Shown here: piece by piece, positions 48,994 through 58,356 of the stretch
Numbering within the stretch: the first letter of the stretch is position 1
Layout: each line of letters begins with the position of its first letter
Assembly (NCBI GenBank): GCA_963664295.1
Contig: OY760935.1
Coordinates: 960,001 to 1,024,000 of the forward strand
Reading direction: 5' to 3'
Source of the DNA: Candidatus Altimarinota bacterium
GTDB lineage: Bacteria; Patescibacteriota; Gracilibacteria; CAIRYL01; GCA-016699755
DNA: 64,000 nucleotides
Program-made: the position numbers and the translations under genes
Notes under the pieces: model-generated
Seen by the model: the letters and a program-made list of their open reading frames with translations, nothing else
What the model was told of the DNA's origin: nothing
Databases searched by the model: none

Positions 48994-51900
48994 ATGAAAA
49001 ATACAGCTAATAAACGACCTGTTGATAGTTGGGAATCAGCTGGTACCCAAAAAAAACAGGAAAATTTGCGCTCTATTGAGGGTGGTATTAGTTCAGAAAT
49101 GGCAACTGCTGAAATAACCGTTGAAAGAGAAAGAGCAAAAACATCATTAGGTGTTGAAAGACAGCTTGCTGTTTTGCCTAGTCTTGTTGAGGATAAGACG
49201 GCGTCATTAACTGATCAGCAAAAAAAATTGGCTCAAAGATATTGTTTTGTGAGTAATAAGGCTCAAGAAAGTGATGAAAAATTAGAACAAGCAGAGGCTC
49301 GACTTTTAGAAGCAGAGCAAAAATTAACAAACAATAGTTTGCCTGCGAAATATCAAAAACAGGTAAAAGCTGAATTAGAAAACGCACAAAGAGCTTATGA
49401 AAAAGCAAAAAAAGCACAAGAAAAAGATAGCGAGAGATTACAAAAATTATTAAACCAAAATGGTTTTACAACATTAGTAAGTGATCTTGATTTAGATAAC
49501 CCAAAAAATAAGCAAGCAATTGCAGGAGAAGTTAATAGGAGTAATGTTCATAAAATTAAAGCAAAAGAGGGCGTATTGTCTGTTGCAATGGGTAAATTAA
49601 GCTTAGCAACATTAACACCGCTTAATGCAGGTGAGATAGCACACGCTATTCGTTATTGCGTACCAAGAGACAAAAGGTCTCGTATGTTAAATAATGTTTA
49701 TTTATATAACTCAAGAGCACTTGCTGTTTGTGAGCTACATGAAGAAATACATGAACTTGATAAAACAATAATTCCTCTTCAAAAAGCAATGGAAGAAGTT
49801 GGGGTTAATGACCCAAAATATGCTGAATATGAAGATCGTTTGGTAAAAGCAAATAAAAAATCAGAAGTGCTCAATGAAAGGCTTCTTAAGTTATTAAAAA
49901 AAGGCGATCGTTTGCACGGTGCTATTTTTTCTGCACTTAAAAAAGTAGGCGTAGAAATTGAGCAAAAAGAAGAAAGCGAGGCTAGCATCAAAGCTAGCCA
50001 ACAAGGAATATTGAATTCATTTAAAGGCCTAGAAACAAAATTGAAAGCAGGAAATGTTTCTGCAAAAAAAATGGAAGCAGACTTGCAACCTATAATGACT
50101 CATTTGTTGTTGTTGCGCGGTGTTACACAAAACGCGAAAGACGGCAAGTTGAACCTAAAAGCAAAAGAACAAAAAGCTTTTGAAATACTTGGTGATAAGT
50201 TGCCTATAATTGAAGATGCGCTTAATAGCATTCTTGATACACTTGAAGAATCGGAACAAGCGCAAAAAACAAAAAAAGGATTTCTTTCGAAAGTTAAAGG
50301 TTTTTTGCGTAAACCTAAAGCAAAAAAAGTGGCAAAAGTGGCAATGTTAACTATGGCTACTCTTTCTGTTAATAGTGGCATCATCACTGATGCGGTATCT
50401 GATTTTTTTAGTGAATTAAACGACTTGGACTTAGGCGATAGTGATTTTGCAAAAGCTTTGCAAAATGCTTTTGCAGGTTTGGCAGATGGTTTAGACAATA
50501 TTGGCGACTCCGCACTTGCTTCAGAAAGTACTACCTTGAGTAGTGGCGTAAAAGCTGAACAAATTAAAGAAGGTGATACGCTGGGGCAAATTGCTGACAA
50601 AATGAGTGTAGATAATTGGCAGAATTTGCAAGTTAGTGAGGACGGAGGTCAAACATGGACTAGTGCTGAAAAAATAAATGAATATGCTATTCAGCCAGGT
50701 TGGTTAGTGGCTACTGATGGCGCTCAGCAAAGTGCGCCAATAATAAGTAATGATTACCAGACCGAAACTGTTAAAAAAGGTGATTACCTTTTTAAGATGT
50801 TAGATAGAATGCCAGGGGCTAATTCTTTAGATGACTTAGAAATTAGCATGAATGGCGGGGTTAGCTGGACAAGATATGGTGATTTTAATAATCCTAATTA
50901 CTTAGAACCAGGCTGGCAAGTAAGGACAGCAACGCAAAACATTTCAACTCAAACAGCTAGCTTTACAGAGACGCACATTGATCCTCCTCAAAACACAGAA
51001 CAAATAGAGGTAGTTGAAAATAGTGGTGAAATTAAATTAAGAGCATCAGCGTCAGTAAAAGAAGCAAACTTGCCACAAGCAAGACCTCAAGCAAAAGAAA
51101 TTATTAGAGCAGATATTGGCACAGCAACAAAAGTAGATTCTGCAACAATTATTGTACCAGGCGAAAATGACGATATACCAGGTCAAATGGAAAGAAGATT
51201 GGATCCTGTAAACATGCCACAAACAGAAAGAACATTTTTTAATGGTAATGTTTTAGTTGGCGGTGGGGTTAGTTATTTTAATGGACAAGTAGGCTCTCAT
51301 GGCGAGGCCTATGCCGGCGGTGATCATTTTGCTATTGGCGCTGAAGCAGGTTATGCAAGTGATAATGCCTATGCAAGCCCTAGCGCTGGTTATTTTTCAG
51401 ATAATTTTGATTTAGCAGTAAAAGCCATGTTTGCTAAAGGCAAATTAAAATCAGCTTTAAGTTTGCCAAATGGTGATCATGTATTTGAAACTGAACACAC
51501 AAAAACAGGTGTTGGGTCTCATTTAGGAGTAAACCTTGGTTCAGGACCAGTTAAGAGAGCAGAAGTTACGCTTGGTTATGAAAAAACATCAAGTGAAGAT
51601 GCTGGAAGTGCATCTTTTAGGGCTGATAATGGAGATTTGTTTAAATATGATGTAAAAGCAGAAGGTGCAACTGAAAAGTTTGGCAAAGTTAATCTTATTA
51701 GCAACCCCTTTCAGCTTGGCGGAGGTTGGACAGCAAATTCTAATGTTGGAGTTTTGCATGAAAGCTTAAACTTTGATGAGCCTACAGGATATAAATTAAC
51801 AGATAATGGTGAAGATTTTACAACTCCTGTTGTAGGAGCTTCTGTTGAAAGTAGTGGAAAAACCCAGTGGAAGTTTGCAGGAGAAATGGGTGCCAATTAT

Positions 51901-53097
51901 TATGAATTATCAGCCGGAGTGCGAGCTAAAGGTTGGCAAGCAGGTGTACAGACCAGACACACAGATATTCAAGACAGCATTAAGGCTAACTTGGGGATTA
52001 ATCTTACTGAAAAAGCTCAACTTAATATTGAAGGTGGAGCAACAAATATAACAGACGATATGGTTATGGAGCCTGATAATTATTATGGTCAAATTGGCGT
52101 AAGCATTCCTTTGGGTGGCTCTAAAGAAAAGTCAGTAAAACCAGTTGTAGCCTCAGCGATAGACAGCTTAAGACAAACAGTTTTTACTCACTTAGGACAT
52201 ATTGATCCAAAGCCAAAAGCGACTATGGCTATTAAAAAAACAGAAAAAGCAAATGAGGGTCCAGGGGTAATGATTATTGGTGCAAACAGAACGGTTCCAG
52301 GAAAAGCAGAAGAGTACATTGCTTCAGCATATGATTATGAGGGAGACAAGATTGTAAGTTATGATTTTAAAATTGTTAGCTCTACAGGTTTTGATGGTGG
52401 CAATATCGCTTATTGGCAACATTTTGTAGGTGAGCCACACAAAGTGAGTCTTAAATTCTCAACTCCTGACTCAGGAAATGGTAGTGCTACATTGCAATGT
52501 GTTGTCACTGATGAATATGGTAATTCAACAACAGAAACACTTTTAATTACAATTTCAGAAGGACAAAATCCAAGAAATCCTAGTAGCAACCCAAATGTTA
52601 ATCCTAAAGACGACACAGACCCAGGAAACCCTGGTAGTGACCCAAATGTTACTCCAAATGATCCAAGCAACACAGGTGATCCTAGTATTCCACCAGTAAC
52701 TCCTGGAGATGGACAAGACACAGAAAATCCTAGCACTCCACCAGTAACTCCTGGAGATGGACAAGACACAGAAAATCCTAGCACTCCACCAGTAGGCCCT
52801 GGAGATGGACAAGACACAGAAAATCCTAGCACTCCACCAGTAGGCCCTGGAGATGGACAAGACACAGAAAATCCTAGCACTCCACCAGTAACTCCTGGAG
52901 ATGGACAAGACACAGAAAATCCTAGCACTCCACCAGTAACTCCTGGAGATGGACAAGATTCAGGTGATCCTAGCACTCCACCAGTAACTCCTGGAGATGG
53001 ACAAGACACAGAAAATCCTAGCACTCCACCAGTAGGCCCTGGAGATCCAAACGATCCAAATCAACCAACTACACCACCATTTACACCTTTTGAATAA
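48994..53097 (+). CDS. 1367-aa protein: coiled coil, hydrophobic segment, two LysM-like domains, putative beta-barrel, Ig-like domain, Pro/Thr repeats
   Basis: IKEGDTLGQIA and VKKGDYLFKM; alternating G/aromatic strands ending YYGQIGVSIPLGG; VTDEYGNSTT Ig motif. Confidence 0.7.
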   Translation: MKNTANKRPVDSWESAGTQKKQENLRSIEGGISSEMATAEITVERERAKTSLGVERQLAVLPSLVEDKTASLTDQQKKLAQRYCFVSNKAQESDEKLEQAEARLLEAEQKLTNNSLPAKYQKQVKAELENAQRAYEKAKKAQEKDSERLQKLLNQNGFTTLVSDLDLDNPKNKQAIAGEVNRSNVHKIKAKEGVLSVAMGKLSLATLTPLNAGEIAHAIRYCVPRDKRSRMLNNVYLYNSRALAVCELHEEIHELDKTIIPLQKAMEEVGVNDPKYAEYEDRLVKANKKSEVLNERLLKLLKKGDRLHGAIFSALKKVGVEIEQKEESEASIKASQQGILNSFKGLETKLKAGNVSAKKMEADLQPIMTHLLLLRGVTQNAKDGKLNLKAKEQKAFEILGDKLPIIEDALNSILDTLEESEQAQKTKKGFLSKVKGFLRKPKAKKVAKVAMLTMATLSVNSGIITDAVSDFFSELNDLDLGDSDFAKALQNAFAGLADGLDNIGDSALASESTTLSSGVKAEQIKEGDTLGQIADKMSVDNWQNLQVSEDGGQTWTSAEKINEYAIQPGWLVATDGAQQSAPIISNDYQTETVKKGDYLFKMLDRMPGANSLDDLEISMNGGVSWTRYGDFNNPNYLEPGWQVRTATQNISTQTASFTETHIDPPQNTEQIEVVENSGEIKLRASASVKEANLPQARPQAKEIIRADIGTATKVDSATIIVPGENDDIPGQMERRLDPVNMPQTERTFFNGNVLVGGGVSYFNGQVGSHGEAYAGGDHFAIGAEAGYASDNAYASPSAGYFSDNFDLAVKAMFAKGKLKSALSLPNGDHVFETEHTKTGVGSHLGVNLGSGPVKRAEVTLGYEKTSSEDAGSASFRADNGDLFKYDVKAEGATEKFGKVNLISNPFQLGGGWTANSNVGVLHESLNFDEPTGYKLTDNGEDFTTPVVGASVESSGKTQWKFAGEMGANYYELSAGVRAKGWQAGVQTRHTDIQDSIKANLGINLTEKAQLNIEGGATNITDDMVMEPDNYYGQIGVSIPLGGSKEKSVKPVVASAIDSLRQTVFTHLGHIDPKPKATMAIKKTEKANEGPGVMIIGANRTVPGKAEEYIASAYDYEGDKIVSYDFKIVSSTGFDGGNIAYWQHFVGEPHKVSLKFSTPDSGNGSATLQCVVTDEYGNSTTETLLITISEGQNPRNPSSNPNVNPKDDTDPGNPGSDPNVTPNDPSNTGDPSIPPVTPGDGQDTENPSTPPVTPGDGQDTENPSTPPVGPGDGQDTENPSTPPVGPGDGQDTENPSTPPVTPGDGQDTENPSTPPVTPGDGQDSGDPSTPPVTPGDGQDTENPSTPPVGPGDPNDPNQPTTPPFTPFE
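52681..53046 (+). repeat. 48-bp coding tandem repeat (7 full copies + partial; PSTPPVTPGDGQDTEN)
   Basis: Units start at 52681, 52729, 52777, 52825, 52873, 52921, 52969 and 53017. Confidence 0.93.
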
Positions 53098-53114
53098 AGA
53101 AAATAATTTTTTTC

Positions 53115-53143
53115 TTGACAATAACTGAAAAATTACAGAAAAT
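53115..53143 (+). promoter_or_regulatory. Promoter TTGACA-17-GAAAAT
   Basis: Perfect -35, 17-bp spacer, upstream of 53200. Confidence 0.6.
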
Positions 53144-53199
53144 TAAAACCTTTTCCCAATATTTTCTAAAAAACAATCTTTTAATTTTAATAAGTCACC

Positions 53200-55917
53200 A
53201 TGAAAACAAGCAAATTTTTAGTTAAATTTATAAGCACAGTTAGTGCATTCGCCCTTTTTGCAAGTGTTGCGGTAGCAGATTTTTATCCGCAAACCTCAGG
53301 AACTGTGCATGGAGACGGCATTACTGCTGTTTCTCATCCTTTTGGATTAACCTATCCCTCTTTTAATAATTATACGGATATTAGTACAACTGGTTTTCAG
53401 GACTCTCGCAGGTTTTTATTAGTTGCCAAGGATACCTATGATCTTGATGCATACTCTGATTCAGTTAATGTTGATGTTGGTGATACTCTTTATTTTAAAA
53501 ATTTTCTCCACAACAATGGTGATCCAGATGAAAACAACACTACTGCAAATGATGTAAAAATTAAAGCTCTAGATTTTTATGAAAATGAAGTGGGTCAATT
53601 TGTGACTGAACCTTTTAACACAATGGATGTGACAAGTGAAATTAGTGCTTCAAATACAGTCCCACTTACTATTGGTGATACTGCAACAGTTAATTCTAAT
53701 TCAGGTCCTGTTCGTTTAAGATATTTAGGGCCAATTGTTGCAGGTTGGAATACTTGGGATAGCTTTACTGATGCCAGCTCTCTTTTTGGTAATGGGCTTG
53801 CCTTTGGTGATAGAGATCAAATTGACACTGGCACATTTCGAGGAGGTGCTACAAAGGCAATTATAGTTTATTATTTTGCAAAAGTTGAAAGAGCAGAAGC
53901 TGACTTAAGTATTACTCGTTCGGCTAGCACAAATCGTGCTGCATTAGGCACTACTATAACTTATACATTGGATTATTATAATGATGGTCCTATTGAAGCA
54001 AAAGACACAGTTATTATTGATGATTACGATCAAAGTTTAGTTAGTGTTGACTCTTTGCCAGCTGGCTGTTTAGATGATGGTGATAAAGTCACTTGTCAAA
54101 TTACAGAAGCAGCAAAGAATCAAGCAGGCTCTGTTGAATATACTGTTATTGCTGATGTGGTTGGCACAGCTGATGCAAGTGCAGAAATTAGCTCTAGCAT
54201 TGCGGATCCCGATACCAGTAATAACACTAATAATAGTGGTAGTGTGGAAATTGTAGAGGGAGTAGCAGTTGGCAGTGTGGTTTTTAACGAGATTATGTGG
54301 ATGGGTTCTTCTGTGAACGATAATGACGAATGGATTGAGCTTCGTAATACTACTGATCAAGCAATAGATCTTTCAGGTTTTCAAATTACCAGATATTCAA
54401 GTGGAAATGAAATTGTAATGGTTAACATACCTAATGGAAAAACAATTCCTGCGCATGGTTATTTTTTAGTTGCTAATTACAGCAAAACATCTTCTAATTC
54501 AGCATTAAACGTCACGCCAGACATGGAAGCCCCAGAGGTTTTGCTCGCAAATTCTGACTTACAATTAAAATTGTATGACACATCAAGCAATACACTTGTT
54601 GATATTGCAGATGACGCAAGTGGTACTCCTTTTGCTGGCAATGCAGTTGCAAATGCTTCTATGCATAGAAAATGGAACCCTGGAGACGGATCTGATCCTG
54701 ATAATTGGTTTACATCACAGTTAAGTTATGGTTTGGACAACGGAATTGCTGACCTTGCCACCCCTGGCAATACCTCCTCATCATCTGATTATGCTTTTCC
54801 TGAAACTGTTTATTCAAATGGTAGCACTAATTCTGATTGGATTATTTATGACAATAATCCAGCAGGTGCTACTGCTATTTCTGTTGATGGCGTTATCAAT
54901 TTCACAGGCAACATTATGTATAACGGCACAAGATTGTTGCAGGACTTAGATTCGTGGGAGAATGATGGACAAGAGGTGCTTCAGTTTGATATGAAAACTA
55001 CTCATGGTTATTACATTATCGTAAAAACAGATACCAATCAGGGCGAAAAAACCATTGTTTATGGTCATCAAAATTATGATCGTTTAGACACATTCCCTGA
55101 ACCAAATTATGGACACATTGGTCTTGGATATTTTACAGCTGATGGCAATTGGAGAACTATTGTTAGGGACTTAGAAGAAGATTTAAAATATATTTATGGT
55201 GATAGCATTGAGTTGCGCGAAGTTATTTATTTTTCTGCACGCTCTGAAGATATTTATATTGATAATGTAAAACTTCTTAGAGAATTGCCAGAGTTTGTTT
55301 ATGAGGACGGCTCTGCGGATGCTGTAAATCGTTGGCAGACAAGCAGTGAACCTTCAGTAAATGGAGTAGTGACTGCTGTGACGGTAGATAATATCTCAGA
55401 TGGAGATGGTGACTATGTTCGCCTTGAGGGTAATTATGATCCTAACGATGGCTCACCAGATCGCAACCCTTCTGCTTTGGCAGTATTTAAATTGTTTGCT
55501 AATGACGGCAATGATCCTTGGTACAAAAATCCATATAATAAAATTTTGAGTTGGAAATGGAGATGGAGAGGAGATCCAACTGATTTACCACATAATGATT
55601 TCCGTTTCAGTGCTCTTATTAGGGTAAATAAAGGTGGTGCGCAAACATATAGATATATTGTTTATATGCCACGTAGCACAAGCAATGCTAGTTATATTCA
55701 AAAAGATAAATATTGCTATATTAACATTGGTGCCCGCGAAACAGCTTGGAGTTTAACTGATTTTGATACTATTACTCGCAACTTAGAAGATGACCTTGAA
55801 ACATGTGCAGGCCTTGGCAATGTTAACTTTGGCGCAACAGGCGACATTGATTATCTTGAGTTAATTCGTTTTCAAGTGAACGGAGTTGGTGACATCGATG
55901 ATGTAGTTTTGCAATAA
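53200..55917 (+). CDS. Secreted protein with DUF11-like and lamin-tail domains plus two C-terminal beta-sandwich-like repeats
   Basis: Signal peptide; ADLSITRSA..ITYTLDYYNDGP; VVFNEIMW..EWIELRN..IDLSG; IVRDLEEDL and ITRNLEDDL. Confidence 0.8.
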   Translation: MKTSKFLVKFISTVSAFALFASVAVADFYPQTSGTVHGDGITAVSHPFGLTYPSFNNYTDISTTGFQDSRRFLLVAKDTYDLDAYSDSVNVDVGDTLYFKNFLHNNGDPDENNTTANDVKIKALDFYENEVGQFVTEPFNTMDVTSEISASNTVPLTIGDTATVNSNSGPVRLRYLGPIVAGWNTWDSFTDASSLFGNGLAFGDRDQIDTGTFRGGATKAIIVYYFAKVERAEADLSITRSASTNRAALGTTITYTLDYYNDGPIEAKDTVIIDDYDQSLVSVDSLPAGCLDDGDKVTCQITEAAKNQAGSVEYTVIADVVGTADASAEISSSIADPDTSNNTNNSGSVEIVEGVAVGSVVFNEIMWMGSSVNDNDEWIELRNTTDQAIDLSGFQITRYSSGNEIVMVNIPNGKTIPAHGYFLVANYSKTSSNSALNVTPDMEAPEVLLANSDLQLKLYDTSSNTLVDIADDASGTPFAGNAVANASMHRKWNPGDGSDPDNWFTSQLSYGLDNGIADLATPGNTSSSSDYAFPETVYSNGSTNSDWIIYDNNPAGATAISVDGVINFTGNIMYNGTRLLQDLDSWENDGQEVLQFDMKTTHGYYIIVKTDTNQGEKTIVYGHQNYDRLDTFPEPNYGHIGLGYFTADGNWRTIVRDLEEDLKYIYGDSIELREVIYFSARSEDIYIDNVKLLRELPEFVYEDGSADAVNRWQTSSEPSVNGVVTAVTVDNISDGDGDYVRLEGNYDPNDGSPDRNPSALAVFKLFANDGNDPWYKNPYNKILSWKWRWRGDPTDLPHNDFRFSALIRVNKGGAQTYRYIVYMPRSTSNASYIQKDKYCYINIGARETAWSLTDFDTITRNLEDDLETCAGLGNVNFGATGDIDYLELIRFQVNGVGDIDDVVLQ

Positions 55918-55938
55918 TTAATTATTAAATTGTAATTT

Positions 55939-55968
55939 AAAAACCCGCTATAAATTTAGCGGGTTTTT
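55939..55968 (+). terminator. Intrinsic terminator
   Basis: aaaaacccgcta-taaatt-tagcgggttttt. Confidence 0.85.
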
Positions 55969-56011
55969 GTTGCTCTGGCTTTAGCACTAAATTCGTGAGA
56001 AAATTTTTTGC

Positions 56012-57562
56012 GTGAAAATAATAAAAAGATTATTTAAACCAATGGGAGCTGGTGGAGGCGCTTTTGTTATTGCCCTAGCAAGTGTGCTAAGCTATTTATT
56101 TGGCTTTGTACGCAATTTAATGCTTTTTCATTATTTTGGCGCTAGCCTAAATACAGATAGTTATTATACAGCTTTTTTAATTCCTGATTTTATTTTGAAT
56201 TTATTCATTGCTGGTGCTGTGAGTGGTGTTTTGATGCCTGTTTTTGTAGATACTACAAAAAAATCCAAAGAAGATAGTGAAAAACTAATGAATGCTTTTA
56301 TTAGCATAATGAACACAATTGTAATTGCTGTGGCCATTATTGCTTTTTTTCTCGCTCCTTTTTTAATTAAGTCAATTTTTGTTCAACTTGAGCCAGCACA
56401 ACAAGAATTAACAATAAAACTAATGCGCATATTGCTTTTATCTCCTGTTTTATTTGGAGTTTCTAATAGCCTTGGCTCGATTTTGATTGCTAAGAAAAAG
56501 TTTTTGTCTTTTGCTCTCTCGCCAATTTTATATAACACAGGAATTTTGTTGGGAATTTATTTTTTAGCAGAAAAATATGGAATTTTTGCCCTAGCGTGGG
56601 GAGCTGTATTTGGTGCCTTTTTGCACATGAGCCTGAGAGTTGTTGATTTTTTCACAACCAATCTTTCCTTGCGTCCTTCTTTTGATTTTAATGCGCCGAA
56701 TTTTAAAAAAGTAATTATTTTAGCTATCCCAAAAACTATAGGATTACTTGCTTTTCAGGGTATGTTGTGGAGTGTGAATTGGTTGGGAGGGCTTATGGAA
56801 GCGGGCTCTATTGCTGCATTCAACCTTGCTCGTGATTTGCAAAGCTTTGCAGTTTCTATTTTTGGAATTGCACTTGCTACAGGTGTTTTTCCGTTTTTAG
56901 CCGAGTTTGCGGCTGAAAAAAATGATGAAAAATTTATAAACAGAACAGAAAAAAGCGCCAGACAAATTCTTTTTCTTGCTATGCCTTCTGCCTTCGGTCT
57001 TTTTGTTCTTTCTAAAGAATTAATTGAGCTATTTTTTGTTCACGGTGAATTTGACCAACACGACGCTTTTTTGGCTAATTCTGTTTTATTGCTTATGGCG
57101 CTTGCTATTCCTCTGGAAAGTTTAAATCATTTATTTGCTCGTGCTTTTTTGGCGCGCAAAAACACACTTTTTCCAATGTTTGGTCAAATAATATTTTTTC
57201 TTTCTTTTTCAGTAGGATCATTTTTGTTTTATCAAGAATTAGGTGTTGCCACCTTTGGAATAATGTTTTTGGGTGCGATATTTTTACAACTTTTCTTCTT
57301 AATAACCAGCTTAAGTTTGCACGAAATTAAGTTCCCGTTTTTAAGGTTTATGCGAAAAGTTTTACCGATTTTGTGTTTAAGTTTTTTAATGATGATTTGT
57401 GTTTATTTTATTAAAAATATTTCTTATTTCTCGTCAGAAATTAACTTTGTCTTATCCGTTGCAGGCGGAGTTTTTGTTTATTTTTTTGGCGCTTTTTTGC
57501 TCAAATTACCAGAGTTGGACAGGGTTTTTATTTATTTAGAAAATAAATTTAAGAAAAAATAA
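56012..57562 (+). CDS. murJ: Lipid II flippase MurJ/MviN
   Basis: FGFVR, DSYYTAFLIPD, GAVSGVLMPVF, SPILYN, many TMs. Confidence 0.93.
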   Translation: MKIIKRLFKPMGAGGGAFVIALASVLSYLFGFVRNLMLFHYFGASLNTDSYYTAFLIPDFILNLFIAGAVSGVLMPVFVDTTKKSKEDSEKLMNAFISIMNTIVIAVAIIAFFLAPFLIKSIFVQLEPAQQELTIKLMRILLLSPVLFGVSNSLGSILIAKKKFLSFALSPILYNTGILLGIYFLAEKYGIFALAWGAVFGAFLHMSLRVVDFFTTNLSLRPSFDFNAPNFKKVIILAIPKTIGLLAFQGMLWSVNWLGGLMEAGSIAAFNLARDLQSFAVSIFGIALATGVFPFLAEFAAEKNDEKFINRTEKSARQILFLAMPSAFGLFVLSKELIELFFVHGEFDQHDAFLANSVLLLMALAIPLESLNHLFARAFLARKNTLFPMFGQIIFFLSFSVGSFLFYQELGVATFGIMFLGAIFLQLFFLITSLSLHEIKFPFLRFMRKVLPILCLSFLMMICVYFIKNISYFSSEINFVLSVAGGVFVYFFGAFLLKLPELDRVFIYLENKFKKK

Positions 57563-58356
57563 TGAAAAAATTTATTATTTTATTTTTATTAGGAGCTATT
57601 TTTGGATCTTTATTTGTTTATAAAGACAAAATTAGTTTATTTTATGCAAAAAAAGAAATTGAACAAATAAATTCAGAAGAATTTACAGAAATTGAAATAG
57701 AAAAATATAACGAGTTGCAAGAGAAAGAACTCAGCCCAAAAGAGCAGTTGTTGCAATCTTTGCCAGACAATGTTTCAGAAGAAAAATTACTCAAAGTGCC
57801 TTTTGTTTGTCAAAATCCTTTTCAAGATGAAGAGCACTGGAAATACCATGATAATAGTTGTGAAGAGGCAGCAGTTTTGCAGGCAGTTTTATACTTTGAC
57901 AACAAAATAATTGAGCCAAAAGTTGCCCATGAACAACTTTTAGACATGATTAAATGGCAAGAAAAAAACTTTGGCACCCATAAAGATATAAAAAAAGAAG
58001 ACTTACGAATTTTTGCTAGAGATTATTTTGGGTTTAATGATGAGCAAGTAGTTTTTTTTGAGAATTCAGACAAAGATTTAATAAAAAAAATAATCACCAT
58101 GGGCATACCTATAATTATGCCCACTACTGCAAAGGACTTGCATAATCCTTATTATCAACATCCGGGTTATCACATGCTAACTGTTATTGGTTACACAAAA
58201 AATCAGGCAATTACCAATGATGTTGGTACAAAAAGAGGAGAAAAATTTCCTTATTCTTGGGAGGTTTTATTGGAAGCAAATGAAACTGCGGGCGGTGGTT
58301 TTTTGATTATTATTCCTAACAATTCTTTTAAAGAATTTTCTTCTGAATTAAATTGA
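57562..58356 (+). CDS. C39-like cysteine peptidase with N-terminal anchor
   Basis: VPFVCQ, SCEEAA, YHMLTVIGY, TNDVG. Confidence 0.85.
   Translation: MKKFIILFLLGAIFGSLFVYKDKISLFYAKKEIEQINSEEFTEIEIEKYNELQEKELSPKEQLLQSLPDNVSEEKLLKVPFVCQNPFQDEEHWKYHDNSCEEAAVLQAVLYFDNKIIEPKVAHEQLLDMIKWQEKNFGTHKDIKKEDLRIFARDYFGFNDEQVVFFENSDKDLIKKIITMGIPIIMPTTAKDLHNPYYQHPGYHMLTVIGYTKNQAITNDVGTKRGEKFPYSWEVLLEANETAGGGFLIIIPNNSFKEFSSELN

Noticed and set aside
52410-53024. Antisense repeat ORFs (204 aa and 133 aa)
   Set aside because: Shadows of the 48-bp coding repeat on the plus strand
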